From positions 44,227,373 through 44,291,372 of the forward strand of contig NC_068989.1 in NCBI RefSeq assembly GCF_001194135.2: 64,000 nucleotides of DNA, written 5' to 3'. The translations under genes were made by a program, and so were the position numbers. The stretch is from Octopus bimaculoides (lineage: Eukaryota). Positions 1 to 12,516 of the stretch are shown here, in pieces. Every line of letters starts with the position of its first letter. Position 1 is the stretch's first letter. The notes below the pieces were generated by a model. The model saw only the letters and a list, made by a program, of their open reading frames with translations. It was not told where the DNA came from and did not search any database.

Positions 1-19
1 GGAAACCAAGTTAATCAAG

Positions 20-1203
20 TTGGATATGGAGGAGGTGACCAAAAGCAGGAATTTGATAGAAGTTGAGGGAGACTCATACAAATTGTGTCCCCCAAAAGAG
101 ACTAAAGAAAACAAAATTCTGACGACAGTAGTGTATGGTACACAGGCTGTCGAAACCTGTAAAATTGAAATGGTGACGGAAGAGGAAATCGAGGAGTGCC
201 TGGGTGAAATTGTCAATGAAGCCACGTACATCAACAGAGGAAGAAAGTTCGGTACGGTTGAGGTGAGGTTCGCCACTATAGAAGAGGCAACCAAGCATTA
301 TAAGAAGTGCAAAAATAGCATTGCTACCAAGTTATAGAGGATGAAGAAGTGTGAAAATACGTATTCCCAGAGTTACACCAGAAATTAAACCAGAGTGGTT
401 GGTTGCAACAGTGCTGGCTGCAACCAAGGAGGAGCCGGAATTGGGACCAGTGGCGAAATCAAAAGTGCGCAAATGGTGGTGATTTGGACTCGAAATGTGG
501 CTTTTCGCAACATTCGAGGACATAGAAAGAATTCCCTACCAGATAGAAGTGGAGGATGAGAGAACGTTAAATGTTGTAGTCGAGGTAAGGAAACCAAATT
601 GCTACATATGCGGGGAAAGAGGTCATATGAAGACCAAATGCCGCCAATATGAGTTCACACAGCCACAGCAAGAGAAAGCACAAGCAGAGGAGGAAAACAT
701 TGTAGACCACACTGAGGAAATGAAAGAGAGACAGAAGTGTGAAACAGAGAAAACAAAGGAGAAGAACGAAAATGGAGCTACTAACCCTAAAAAGCGAAGG
801 AAAAATAAGTCAAGAGAACGGTCAACAGAAAATATATAAGAGATAGAAAAGCCAGAAACTAATAATGTACAAGAAGAGGAGGAGAGAACTGATAAAGATG
901 TGAAATACAAGGGGGGTTTTGATAAAGTACGAAAATTGCGAGCAGATGGAGAAAAAAGTCGAGAGGTTGGAGGAAATAATAAGAGTTAAGATGCCTGAGA
1001 AATGTGCTGAGAAATGCATTTTGATACATGAGGAAAACTACTGGGAGTACATAAAAGAACTTGGTGAAAATATAATAACGAAACGGATATGGTTGGTGGA
1101 GATACCACCCACTAGAACTGATTATTTGCAGTTGATAAAGACAATTGTTAATGGAAGAAAAATAACGCGAGTATTTCAATTTTTTGAGTTGCAAAACCGT
1201 TAA
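20..1203 (+). mobile_element. Degenerate ORF1/gag-like retroelement coding relic (RRM-like region, CCHC zinc knuckle, charged low-complexity tail), copy 1
   Basis: Broken frames 20-337, ~350-839 and 919-1203 give GRKFGTVEVRFATIEEATKH, then RIPRVTPEIKPEWLVATV, then VVVEVRKPN-CYICGERGHMKTKC (C-x2-C-x4-H-x4-C), then an E/K-rich tract. Stops and frameshifts are present. No endonuclease or RT follows. Confidence 0.7.
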
Positions 1204-2668
1204 AATGTAGAAGTGAAAAACTGGATAAATGTAACCACCCGACTTCGGGGATCGAATGGACATTGCGCCTCATTTTTTTTCATTCTTGCATATTATCATT
1301 TTATTTTAATTACCCCGATTTTATGTTNNNNNNNNNNNNNNNNNNNNNNNNNNNNNNNNNNNNNNNNNNNNNNNNNNNNNNNNNNNNNNNNNNNNNNNNN
1401 NNNNNNNNNNNNNNNNNNNNNNNNNNNNNNNNNNNNNNNNNNNNNNNNNNNNNNNNNNNNNNNNNNNNNNNNNNNNNNNNNNNNNNNNNNNNNNNNNNNN
1501 NNNNNNNNNNNNNNNNNNNNNNNNNNNNNNNNNNNNNNNNNNNNNNNNNNNNNNNNNNNNNNNNNNNNNNNNNNNNNNNNNNNNNNNNNNNNNNNNNNNN
1601 NNNNNNNNNNNNNNNNNNNNNNNNNNNNNNNNNNNNNNNNNNNNNNNNNNNNNNNNNNNNNNNNNNNNNNNNNNNNNNNNNNNNNNNNNNNNNNNNNNNN
1701 NNNNNNNNNNNNNNNNNNNNNNNNNNNNNNNNNCTATATTTTTATCTTATCTTGCAGACGTATTTCTTTTGCCAAAAGAAGAAAATTGTGAGTAAGTCGT
1801 TTAATTTGTTCCAGTGAATTAATTTCCTGCAAGATTCAAGGTCAATTTCTGTAAAGGAACAACAGATATAATTAACCGTAATATAAATGAATATACAAGA
1901 AAGCGCTGTCTGATGTGTCTGTCTATTTATTTACCTTGTGATTATTTGAGGTCAGTCTATGAGTAGCTGTCTTTTTTTTCTTTCCGTATCTATCTATCTA
2001 TCTGCAGAAAGCAATGGATTTTAGAATGAGAAAAAGTATTGATAGGTAACTGAATAGGAGAGAGATATGGAGACAGACATAGTGAGAGAGAGAGACAGGC
2101 AGACGCAAATATCAAACAGACGGACAAGCAGGGAAAAGAAAGAGAAAGAAAGAGACACCAGTGAGGTGATCAGACAGTGAAATATGGGGAGGGGTAGTAG
2201 AAATAGTAAGACGGAAGAGAGGAAGAGCTGAAAAACTACAGCGTGTAAGAGAGGAAAGGTGGAAAAAAAAAAGGAAAAGTACTATACTTGTGATAGAGAT
2301 ATAATGTAATAAAAAATAATAAGTGGCATAGAAAGTGAACGAATAAAAGCGATAACAACACACGCACACAGATAGATAGATAGATAGATAGACAGATAGA
2401 TGGATATTTGTGTTACATCGAAGTGGAGAAAACGTTGGGAAATTAAGGTGATGGTGGAATTTTACTGAAAGTAAAAAGAGACACACACACTTTGAGAGAA
2501 AACGGGGGAGGATACACACATATACTTACCTACCAAAGGTGGGGGCACCGTTATCGAAAAGTTGACTTCATTAACCCATTAACCAAAAAGTTAACTTCAA
2601 TAACTGTTAATCAGTTAATTCTTTAAAAAATATTACGGAAGTTATCAATAAACCGTTAACGTCAATCT

Positions 2669-2843
2669 GGTAAATTTTCAGATTAACACCCGCACGATTT
2701 TCACTAGGGTGTTAGGGTTACGGTTGGGGTTAGGGTTAGGGAATTCCGTCCCTAACCCTAACCTTAAACCCTAACCCTGACCCTGAAACCCTAACCCTAA
2801 CACCCTAGTGAAAATCGTGCGGGTGTTAATCTGAAAACTTACC
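2669..2843. repeat. 175-bp palindrome with central head-to-head telomere-type repeats
   Basis: Left arm GGTAAATTTTCAGATTAACACCCGCACGATTTTCACTAGGGTGTTAGGGTTA is the reverse complement of the right arm with 1 mismatch. The centre is degenerate (TTAGGG)n-GAATTCCGT-(CCCTAA)n. Confidence 0.9.
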
Positions 2844-3809
2844 GTTAATTTTTATTACAGAAAAAAACAAAAAATCAGTTTTTGTTCTAAAAACACCTTT
2901 AAACAGTGCCCAAACTATAAAAATCATCCTTCTTAGGCCTTTCTAATGGCTTTAGAAACGACAGCGTTTGTTTTATTTTATTTATTTATTGCTTTAGAGT
3001 GAAAAAATGCTGATTTTATAGTTTTAAGTTTTAAAAGACCTAAAAAAAGGCTGATTTCATAGTTTTGACCCTTTCTTTTTTAGGTTTTTAAATGCTTTTA
3101 GAGCTAGAAAAGAATGAAAAAAATTCAAATGAAACNNNNNNNNNNNNNNNNNNNNNNNNNNNNNNNNNNNNNNNNNNNNNNNNNNNNNNNNNNNNNNNNN
3201 NNNNNNNNNNNNNNNNNNNNNNNNNNNNNNNNNNNNNNNNNNNNNNNNNNNNNNNNNNNNNNNNNNNNNNNNNNNNNNNNNNNNNNNNNNNNNNNNNNNN
3301 NNNNNNNNNNNNNNNNNNNNNNNNNNNNNNNNNNNNNNNNNNNNNNNNNNNNNNNNNNNNNNNNNNNNNNNNNNNNNNNNNNNNNNNNNNNNNNNNNNNN
3401 NNNNNNNNNNNNNNNNNNNNNNNNNNNNNNNNNNNNNNNNNNNNNNNNNNNNNNNNNNNNNNNNNNNNNNNNNNNNNNNNNNNNNNNNNNNNNNNNNNNN
3501 NNNNNNNNNNNNNNNNNNNNNNNNNNNNNNNNNNNNNNNNNNNNNNNNNNNNNNNNNNNNNNNNNNNNNNNNNNNNNNNNNNNNNNNNNNNNNNNNNNNN
3601 NNNNNNNNNNNNNNNNNNNNNNNNNNNNNNNNNNNNNNNNNNNNNNNNNNNNNNNNNNNNNNNNNNNNNNNNNNNNNNNNNNNNNNNNNNNNNNNNNNNN
3701 NNNNNNNNNNNNNNNNNNNNNNNNNNNNNNNNNNNNNNNNNNNNNNNNNNNNNNNNNNNNNNNNNNNNNNNNNNNNNNNNNNNNNNNNNNNNNNNNNNNN
3801 NNNNNNATA

Positions 3810-5240
3810 TATATATATATAAACACTGAAAATATCATCCAAGAAAATAGAAGTGGCACCAATAGAAGAAATTGAGAAAAGCTTAAAAGTGATTAAAAAG
3901 TCGACGACTTTCATAAGAGGAGATGCACAGTGGAGATGCGTTTCGCTAGGGATGTCGAAGCGATAATGCACTCCACTGATGCCATAAAATCGGAAGAGTG
4001 GGTTTTCCTGCCAGCTTACTGCGGCAGAAGAGTTGTCCGAGTAAGGGTAGGAAAGGTACCACCAGAATTAGACGAGACATGGTTGGTTGCAGCGACAATA
4101 TACAACATGGAAGAAGATGCCAGGATCCTAAGCGTGACAAGGACGAGAACGGTTGACTGGTGGGGTTACGGGATCGAGATATCACTTCAGACAACTGAAA
4201 ATGACATGATCAAAATCATTCTACCTGGAGATGTGAGATTGAGTGTAGTGGTGTAGGGTAGGCCTCCCAGATGTTATTTGTGTTGCGAGGCAGGCCACAT
4301 GAAAGCGAGGCGCCCCCAGAGAGAAAGAAAAGAACAACAACTAGAACAGTCGGAGGAGCAGGAGAAAGCGAATGATGAGGTACAGGAGGAGGAGAAAGAG
4401 GCAGAGGGGGAATCGAAGTGGTTAAAAAAGAAAAAGGAAGGGCTTTCCGCCGGAGAGTCAGAAAAAGAAAAGAGACAGGAAAAGAAAAAAGAAACAAAGG
4501 AGATAGAGGAAGCACTCGTAAAGGAGGTTGAAAAAGAGATTGAGAGAGAGGTAGAAAAAGAGTTTGAGAAAGAAGTTATAGAGGAGAAAAACATAGAAGC
4601 AGGCAGACTGGAGGGTTGTTTAACCCATGAAGTGGAACAGCAGCGAAAACGATCGAAATGGATAAAGTGACGCCAAGAGCAGGACACAGTAAACAAAAGC
4701 AAAGAAAATACAATTGGTATTTTGTAACATATGACAAAAATGTGTGCACAGAAAAAAAAAATGATTACTAAAATGAAATCGGTTATAAGGGTGAAGTTGC
4801 CAACGGATAGTTACGGTGAGAATGTGAAAGCGATTTTAATAGACAAGGAAAGGTACAGCAGGTGGAAGGAAAAAATCCAGATTCGAACCACGAACTTTCG
4901 AGGTAGAGTGCGACGAACTACCGTCAGTGGTCGAGCTAAATGAATTAAGGCCTTATATAAAAAGGCTTTGAAAAAAGAGAATAACTTGTGTTTTTAAAAA
5001 GAGTATAACAAAAGATGCAAAGAGATTAAAACAATGATTATAAACAGACACTAAGAACGTTTAAATGGTATTGCATGTGAGTGGGGCGCATGTAGCCATT
5101 TCATCTCCATCGATTTCATTATACATATTACCATTTTTCATTCGTTTTATGTTTTTGTCCCCACTGTGCTGTCTTTGTACTGTCCCTTCTGTGTTAGACC
5201 TTTGTGGCTGTAATAAAAATCATTATAATTTATAATTTCC
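3810..5240 (+). mobile_element. Degenerate ORF1/gag-like retroelement relic, copy 2 (diverged paralog of copy 1), with AATAAA-bearing 3' end
   Basis: RVGKVPPELDETWLVAAT...VDWWGYGIEISL...VVV*GRPPR-CYLCCEAGHMKARR, then an E/K-rich tract and VIRVKLP. Collinear with copy 1. Ends in TTGTGGCTGTAATAAAAATCATTATAATTTATAATTTCC (5202-5240). Confidence 0.7.
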
Positions 5241-5591
5241 GGGCGGCGTTAATTTTTGTGACAGTTTTTATGGTTGAAATCTGCGTTTGAACTAAATGTG
5301 ATATTTTGTTGTTAAAGGTCTCCCCTTGTAGGTGTACCCTGTTTGTTTCTCGTTTGAAATTGTTGTTTGCTTTCACGAGTGTTTGTTGAATTTTTTTCTC
5401 TTCCCATTTATGGGAGAACCAACGATAAGTACTATGCAAACTGAACAAGACAAGAGACACAGTTATGCGGCTGCAACTGGCAATGGTATTGAAGTCCAAG
5501 ATTTGGAGGTACGAAAAATAAAAACCGAGCCGGAAATGCTAAAGGAATGCCCTTGTGGCTGTAATAAAAATCATTATAATTTATAATTTCC
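5241..5591 (+). mobile_element. Truncated third unit: putative 5' region and ORF1 start joined to the same 39-nt 3' end
   Basis: The 39-nt sequence at 5202-5240 is repeated exactly at 5553-5591. The intervening ORF MGEPTISTMQTEQDKRHSYAAATG has an SYAAA-type motif common near LINE ORF1 N-termini. Confidence 0.5.
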
Positions 5592-6511
5592 TAACAATAT
5601 ATATATATCAAATGGATGGCAAATGGATCAAGGTTGACCACTGACCACTCACCACAAGAATATCATGTTTCATGTTTCTTGTTCCAAGTCTATTCTGGCA
5701 TGACACTTCTTATTTACGACCCACCACTGAGATAGGCAGACACAGCTCATACATATCTATCCCTTACGACCTTTAAGATCTCTATCTATTCTATTTATCA
5801 CTTTATCTTCTTCTACATTCTGATTGTTCCTCACCAACCCATCGAAATAGCTTAGATGTAGCTTACTTGACTCCCTTTATTTTTTATTTTTTTATATTTT
5901 ATTTTTTATTTTATTTATTTTTTATTTTTTATTTTATTTTATTTTATTGTAAGTTTATTCTTACTTTTTTACATGAATATCTGTGTATGTCTTTTTATGG
6001 TATTGTATTGTTCGTAACCACCAACTTAACACTACACACTGAATCGTCGCAAGGTATGGAAGGTTTTCGAAGGACCGGAGAGATTATGTCCGGGTGGAGA
6101 ATTATAACAGATATAGTACTATACTAAATACCGAAAGGATCTTCACCTCTTACATCACACATTTCTTCTTACTTCAACGTCGAGATGGTATAATTTCCTA
6201 GGAGAGAGATAATTTTGCGGCTGAAGATAGCTTTACATTGTAGATTATACACATATTATATTATGTTATATTATATTATGTTATATTATATTNNNNNNNN
6301 NNNNNNNNNNNNNNNNNNNNNNNNNNNNNNNNNNNNNNNNNNNNNNNNNNNNNNNNNNNNNNNNNNNNNNNNNNNNNNNNNNNNNNNNNNNNNNNNNNNN
6401 NNNNNNNNNNNNNNNNNNNNNNNNNNNNNNNNNNNNNNNNNNNNNNNNNNNNNNNNNNNNNNNNNNNNNNNNNNNNNNNNNNNNNNNNNNNNNNNNNNNN
6501 NNNNNNNNNNN

Positions 6512-7260
6512 TTATTTTCAGATCTTTAAAATGGAGTGTCAAGTTCAGAAAAACGAGCATTTTCGACACCTTCTTTTTGCTTTTAATCAAGATTCTAAGG
6601 CCCAAAAAGGTGCTCGCGACATTTGTGCTGTCTATGGAGAGGGTGCCATAGCTGAAACAACCGCTCGTAATTAGTGCCAAGTTCAAAAAAGGAAATTTTG
6701 ACCTCAAAGGCGCAACTCGTTCTGGCCGCCCAGTTGAGTTCGAGGAAAAGCGATTAAACCAACTTTTGTATGAAAATTCTCGTCAAACGACAAGGGAACT
6801 GGCAGAGAAAATGGAATGCTCTCACACTGCTATACAGAAGCATCTTCACTCGATGGAAAAGGTTGAGAAGTATGGAGCATGGGTTCAGCATGCTTTATGT
6901 GACAACAGCAAAAATCAACGAGCCACAATCTCCGCTGGTTTGCTTGCTCGTCACCGCTCAACTCATGGACACAAGTAACGATTCCTTTACCGAATCGTTA
7001 CTGGCGACGAAAAATGGTGCCTGTACATGAATATGAAGCAGCGAAAGGAATGGCCTAACCCCGGTAAACAAGCGTGAAACAAGATCTTCATCCGCTTAAA
7101 ACGATGTTGTGCGTATGGTGGGACTGGGCAGGGATTATCCATTACGAATTGCTTGAACGGAACCAAACGGTCAACGCAGAACTCTATGTTATTGATTAAT
7201 TAGTTGTTATTTTTTTATTAAACCTTTTAAAAAATGGCAGGAACTTAGTTGCAAGCCTAA
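6512..7260 (+). mobile_element. Internally deleted, degenerate mariner (DD34D-type) transposon
   Basis: ATG at 6531 gives MECQVQKNEHFRHLLFAF.., then GRPVEF, RQTTRELAEKM, YGAWVQHAL, RIVTGDEKW and MLCVWWD motifs with frameshifts. TIR-like end AGGAACTTAGTTGCAAGCCTAA at ~7239-7260. The 5' end lies in a gap. Confidence 0.9.
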
Positions 7261-7410
7261 CATTTCATTAAAATTATATTAGTGTGTCTGACTGATTAAA
7301 ATTCTATTTATTTGTGCAGCTGATGGTAGCCCTGCATTTAAATTGATGTAATGATTGCATTGTTCATTTCCATGGAGTCGCTTGGAACGGTCGTACTGCA
7401 CCACTTCTGG

Positions 7411-7442
<32 letters not shown>

Positions 7443-7445
<3 letters not shown>

Positions 7446-8329
7446 GTGGTGTCCCAAAAAGTCACTGAAGAGTTTTAATTTTTAATAACTTCCTTAACTT
7501 TTCGAATAAATTCATGAAAGTTTGATACAATATAAAGGACACAATGGAAATTAATATGCATGAGTCAAATTGTGCAACACCACTACATCACATATGAAAA
7601 ATGGCATCGCTTAAATGGTATCCATTTTCGGCTTCGCATGCCCGTGCTCTTTCCAAAGCTTGCACCATAAAACCCTCAAGAGTTTCAGACCCCACTTCTC
7701 TGATTTCTCTATTGATGTTCTTCTTCAGTTGCACCAGGGTCTCCGGCTTGTTTACGTAAATCCTCTCTTTCAAGTATCTCCACAAGAAAAATCCGGTCTA
7801 ATCAAGTTTGGGGAACGTGAAGGCTATTCAAATTAGACCTCACAAATGGTTCCAGCAAGATGGGGCAAATGCTCAGACCACAACAGAAACAACGCAGTTG
7901 CTACGGCAGTGTTTTGGAGAGAGAATAATCTCCCGCCACGGCAATGTCAACTGGACTTCACATTCCCCAGACTTGACTAGCCCGGATTTTTTCTTGTGGG
8001 GATACCTGAAAGAAAGGGTTTACGTAAACAAGCCAGAGACTCTGGTGCAACTGAAGAAGAACATCAGTGGAGAAATCAAAGAAGTCGGGTCCGAAACTCT
8101 TGAGGATGTTATAATGCATGTTTTGCAAAGAGCACGAGCATGCGAAGCCGGAATGGCTGCCATTTAAGTGATGTCATTTTTCATATGTAATGTAGTGTTG
8201 CACAATTTGACTCATGCATATTAATTTGTATTATGTCCTTTATATTGTATCAAAATTTCATGCATTTATTTGTAAAGTTAAGGAAATTATTAAAAATTGA
8301 AACCCATCAGTGACTTTTGGGACACCCTG
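7443..8329. mobile_element. Foldback non-autonomous Tc1/mariner element with ~380-bp inverted arms made of the transposase 3' end plus TIR
   Basis: Arms ~7443-7822 and ~7956-8329 are diverged reverse complements. Both encode FFLW(G/R)YLKER(V/I)YVNKPETLVQLKKNI. The spacer encodes WFQQDGA. Termini are GGTGTCCCAAAA(A)GTCACTGA and its reverse complement. The left end abuts a (TA)n tract. Confidence 0.85.
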
Positions 8330-8345
8330 TGTGTGTGTGTGTGTA

Positions 8346-8381
<36 letters not shown>

Positions 8382-9779
8382 TGCATGTATATCAGTGATT
8401 AGAGCATCGGACTCACGATTATGAGGTAGTGAGTTCGATTTTCGGACCGGGCTGTGAGTTGTGTTCTTGAGTAAGACATTTTATTTAACGTTGGTCAGCT
8501 GTATATATAAACAAAACTGCCCGACGAACGGGAACGTGAAACTGAGTAACAGTTTTTGTGATATTTTTGCTGCTTTTTAATAAAGTATACATAAAGTGAA
8601 AGAGGGAGAAGAAACAAACTTCTTAATCGACGTTTNNNNNNNNNNNNNNNNNNNNNNNNNNNNNNNNNNNNNNNNNNNNNNNNNNNNNNNNNNNNNNNNN
8701 NNNNNNNNNNNNNNNNNNNNNNNNNNNNNNNNNNNNNNNNNNNNNNNNNNNNNNNNNNNNNNNNNNNNNNNNNNNNNNNNNNNNNNNNNNNNNNNNNNNN
8801 NNNNNNNNNNNNNNNNNNNNNNNNNNNNNNNNNNNNNNNNNNNNNNNNNNNNNNNNNNNNNNNNNNNNNNNNNNNNNNNNNNNNNNNNNNNNNNNNNNNN
8901 NNNNNNNNNNNNNNNNNNNNNNNNNNNNNNNNNNNNNNNNNNNNNNNNNNNNNNNNNNNNNNNNNNNNNNNNNNNNNNNNNNNNNNNNNNNNNNNNNNNN
9001 NNNNNNNNNNNNNNNNNNNNNNNNNNNNNNNNNNNNNNNNNNNNNNNNNNNNNNNNNNNNNNNNNNNNNNNNNNNNNNNNNNNNNNNNNNNNNNNNNNNN
9101 NNNNNNNNNNNNNNNNNNNNNNNNNNNNNNNNNNNNNNNNNNNNNNNNNNNNNNNNNNNNNNNNNNNNNNNNNNNNNNNATAATATATAATATATATATA
9201 TATTATTGTTTGCATGTTCAGTTATAATAAAAACAACTTTACATTAATCTGATGGGCTAGTCTATATTTTTGTTGAGTACAAATTTATTATTCTTATACA
9301 AGAATGCTGTTGAAAGTGACTTCGAAGCTTTTAACTCAACAGAGACTATATAAAGACAAGACTAAATCTAATGCACTCCGTCAATTACAACGACGAGGAT
9401 CCCAGCTGATACGATCAACGGAACAGCTTACTCGTGAAATTAACGTGCAAGTGGCTGAGCACTCCACAGATACGTGTACCCTTAACGTAGTTCTCAGGGA
9501 GATTCAGCGTAACACAAAGTGTGACAAGGCCGGCCCTTTGTAACACAGGTACTACTCATTTTTGCCAGCTGAGTGGACTAGAGCAACGTGAAATAGAGTG
9601 TCTTACTCGAGGACACAACGCGTCGCCAGGAATTGAACTCACGACCTTACGATCGTGAGTCGAATGCCCTAGCCACTAAGCCATGCACCTTCACACACTA
9701 TATATATATATATGATGTATTGGTTAACAGTCAACGGCATTGGAGAGCATAATGATTAAATTTGTAGTTGAGAAAAAGT

Positions 9780-10425
9780 TAGCTGAAATAGATAACTGGA
9801 AGCCATCTAAATATTGGTAAAAAGTTACCTGTATCCTGATGAGTTACACCGGATACCAAGATGCCATCATGACTGCTGCTCAATGCTTCGTGAACGAGGT
9901 AAAGGCTGTAAGACGTGATATGGATAGCTGCAACGGAGACTACGAAACGGTGACTTGCAGGATCAGACGCAGCAGGCGAGTGAGAGTGACGTCATGCAAC
10001 CATACATCTCTGAACAGGGTCTTAGGCTCAATTCAGGTGGCTATGTGAAACTGCTGGAGCCTGTGATCAAGTCCTGATTGGAGGGGGTTGCTGGTAGAAG
10101 GCCTTTATATGTGTCAGAAGTATTCGGCTCCTTGCCATATCTTCGGAGACTGTAATCCCATAGATTACTACGTGTGGGGTGCGATTAAGAAAGATGCCAG
10201 CCTCTCTTGCCTGCAACACCAAGACCGAGCTGGTGACCAAGATCAAGGAGGTGTTTGAAGATCCTCTCAAAGGCATAGTGAGAAACGTATGTGCCAGGTT
10301 CCGGAGCCATCTTGAGACCGTAGTAAAAGCTAAAGACGGCTACGTGAGATAAACTAACTCCAAGCTATAATCTAGTCGATATTTTTTGATTATTTAAAAT
10401 ACATTTATTTTTAAATGAGATATTG
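9780..10425 (+). mobile_element. Degenerate Tc1/mariner-superfamily transposase fragment, copy 1
   Basis: Residual MQPYISEQGLRLNSGGYVKLL, QKYSAPCH (QDSAPCH-like) and DCNPIDYYVWG motifs. Collinear with 15890-16593. Confidence 0.7.
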
Positions 10426-12469
10426 TGTTTACTTTTCCTTTTAAGCAAACTATCACATTTAGCCCGACTGTTGTTTGTTGTTGTTGTTGGCACTCCGTCG
10501 CTTACGACGTCGAGGGTTCCAGTTGATCTGGTCAACGGAACAGCCTGCTCGTGAAATTAACGTGCAAGTGGCTGAGCACTCCACAGACACGTGTACCCTT
10601 AACGTAGTTCTCGGGGATATTCAGCGTGACAGAGTGTGACAAGGCTGACCCTTTGAATTACAGGCACAACAGAAAGTAAGAGCGTGAGAAACTTGGGGTG
10701 AACGAGTACAGCGGGGTTCACCACCATCNNNNNNNNNNNNNNNNNNNNNNNNNNNNNNNNNNNNNNNNNNNNNNNNNNNNNNNNNNNNNNNNNNNNNNNN
10801 NNNNNNNNNNNNNNNNNNNNNNNNNNNNNNNNNNNNNNNNNNNNNNNNNNNNNNNNNNNNNNNNNNNNNNNNNNNNNNNNNNNNNNNNNNNNNNNNNNNN
10901 NNNNNNNNNNNNNNNNNNNNNNNNNNNNNNNNNNNNNNNNNNNNNNNNNNNNNNNNNNNNNNNNNNNNNNNNNNNNNNNNNNNNNNNNNNNNNNNNNNNN
11001 NNNNNNNNNNNNNNNNNNNNNNNNNNNNNNNNNNNNNNNNNNNNNNNNNNNNNNNNNNNNNNNNNNNNNNNNNNNNNNNNNNNNNNNNNNNNNNNNNNNN
11101 NNNNNNNNNNNNNNNNNNNNNNNNNNNNNNNNNNNNNNNNNNNNNNNNNNNNNNNNNNNNNNNNNNNNNNNNNNNNNNNNNNNNNNNNNNNNNNNNNNNN
11201 NNNNNNNNNNNNNNNNNNNNNNNNNNNNNNNNNNNNNNNNNNNNNNNNNNNNNNNNNNNNNNNNNNNNNNNNNNNNNNNNNNNNNNNNNNNNNNNNNNNN
11301 NNNNNNNNNNNNNNNNNNNNNNNNNNNNCTCAGACACAAACATATACACTCACACATACATACATACATATATATACGACGGGCTTCTTTCAGTTTCCTT
11401 CTACCGAATCCACTCACAAGGCTTTGGTCGGCCCGTGGCCATAGTAGAAGACACTGGCCCAAGGTGCCACGCAGTGGGACTAAACCCGAAATCATCATGG
11501 TTGGGAAGCGAGCTACTTACCATACAGCCATGCCTGATGTTTTTTTTTTTTTTGGTTCAGTGTCATGTTTTCGTCTTTCTAGAAAATTCTCATGGCAATT
11601 TTATGACAGGCTTCGTTAATAAACTTTTTCTTTCTTTTATTTTTCCTCATTCTGTTCTTCCTCGAAGTTATTTTTCTTAAAACATTTTTCAGATCGATGT
11701 TTAAACGCTATTTTCTAAACCTGAGTGAACCATTGAAAATGAGAGAGGGAGAATGGTCATCCATCGCCCCAATGTTTATCAACGACCTCTGGATCTTCCA
11801 GGTTAACTGTTCCAGTGTGCTCCATACCTCATGACAGCAGAATGATTTCAAGTTCCCCTCGTCTCCGAGTTTCTCCCAACATCAAGTGACATACAACAGT
11901 TCAAAACAAATTCTAATTCAACATCACTCAAAAGGTACCTACATATACGTGCTCGATGTACAAGAAATAGCAACCAAATCTTCAAATTACACCGTACAAT
12001 TTTAATAGGTTGCAGATAACTAAGTTTCGTGTATATAACTATGACGTGATGGTTACAGCTGAACCAGAACAAACAAGGATGTCTCTGCATAATCGCTGAG
12101 CCTGCTAAAAATAGCAGCCAAATCTCTCCAAAAACACTTGCAACTGTCGTCGAAAATGAAAGACACATTGAATAGTGTGATCCTAGAAAACGGATCAGTA
12201 ATGACTACAATAGATTAGTGTGGTAAATTAGGGCTGAACTAGGCTAAAAGATTAACATTACTCAAATTATATATATTTTGTATACAAGAAAACTTGAGTA
12301 ATAAGGGCTATGGGTGTTACACAACTTTCCCTCGAGGTAGGCTTATGAAGTGAAAACTAAAACCTGCACAAGATTTGAACTTCGAAATACGAAGAGGATG
12401 CTTCCCACCAAATTAATCAGAAGTACCTGCTATTGAAGGGGAGACAATTCAGTCAGTTTACGTCTTACA

Positions 12470-12475
12470 CACGTG
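12470..12475. promoter_or_regulatory. Canonical E-box CACGTG 42 nt upstream of the beta-CA start codon
   Basis: CACGTG at 12470-12475; ATG at 12517. Single hexamer, function untested. Confidence 0.2.
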
Positions 12476-12516
12476 AATAAACAGCACGGAGCAGACCTGC
12501 TGGCCACCTTCCGATC

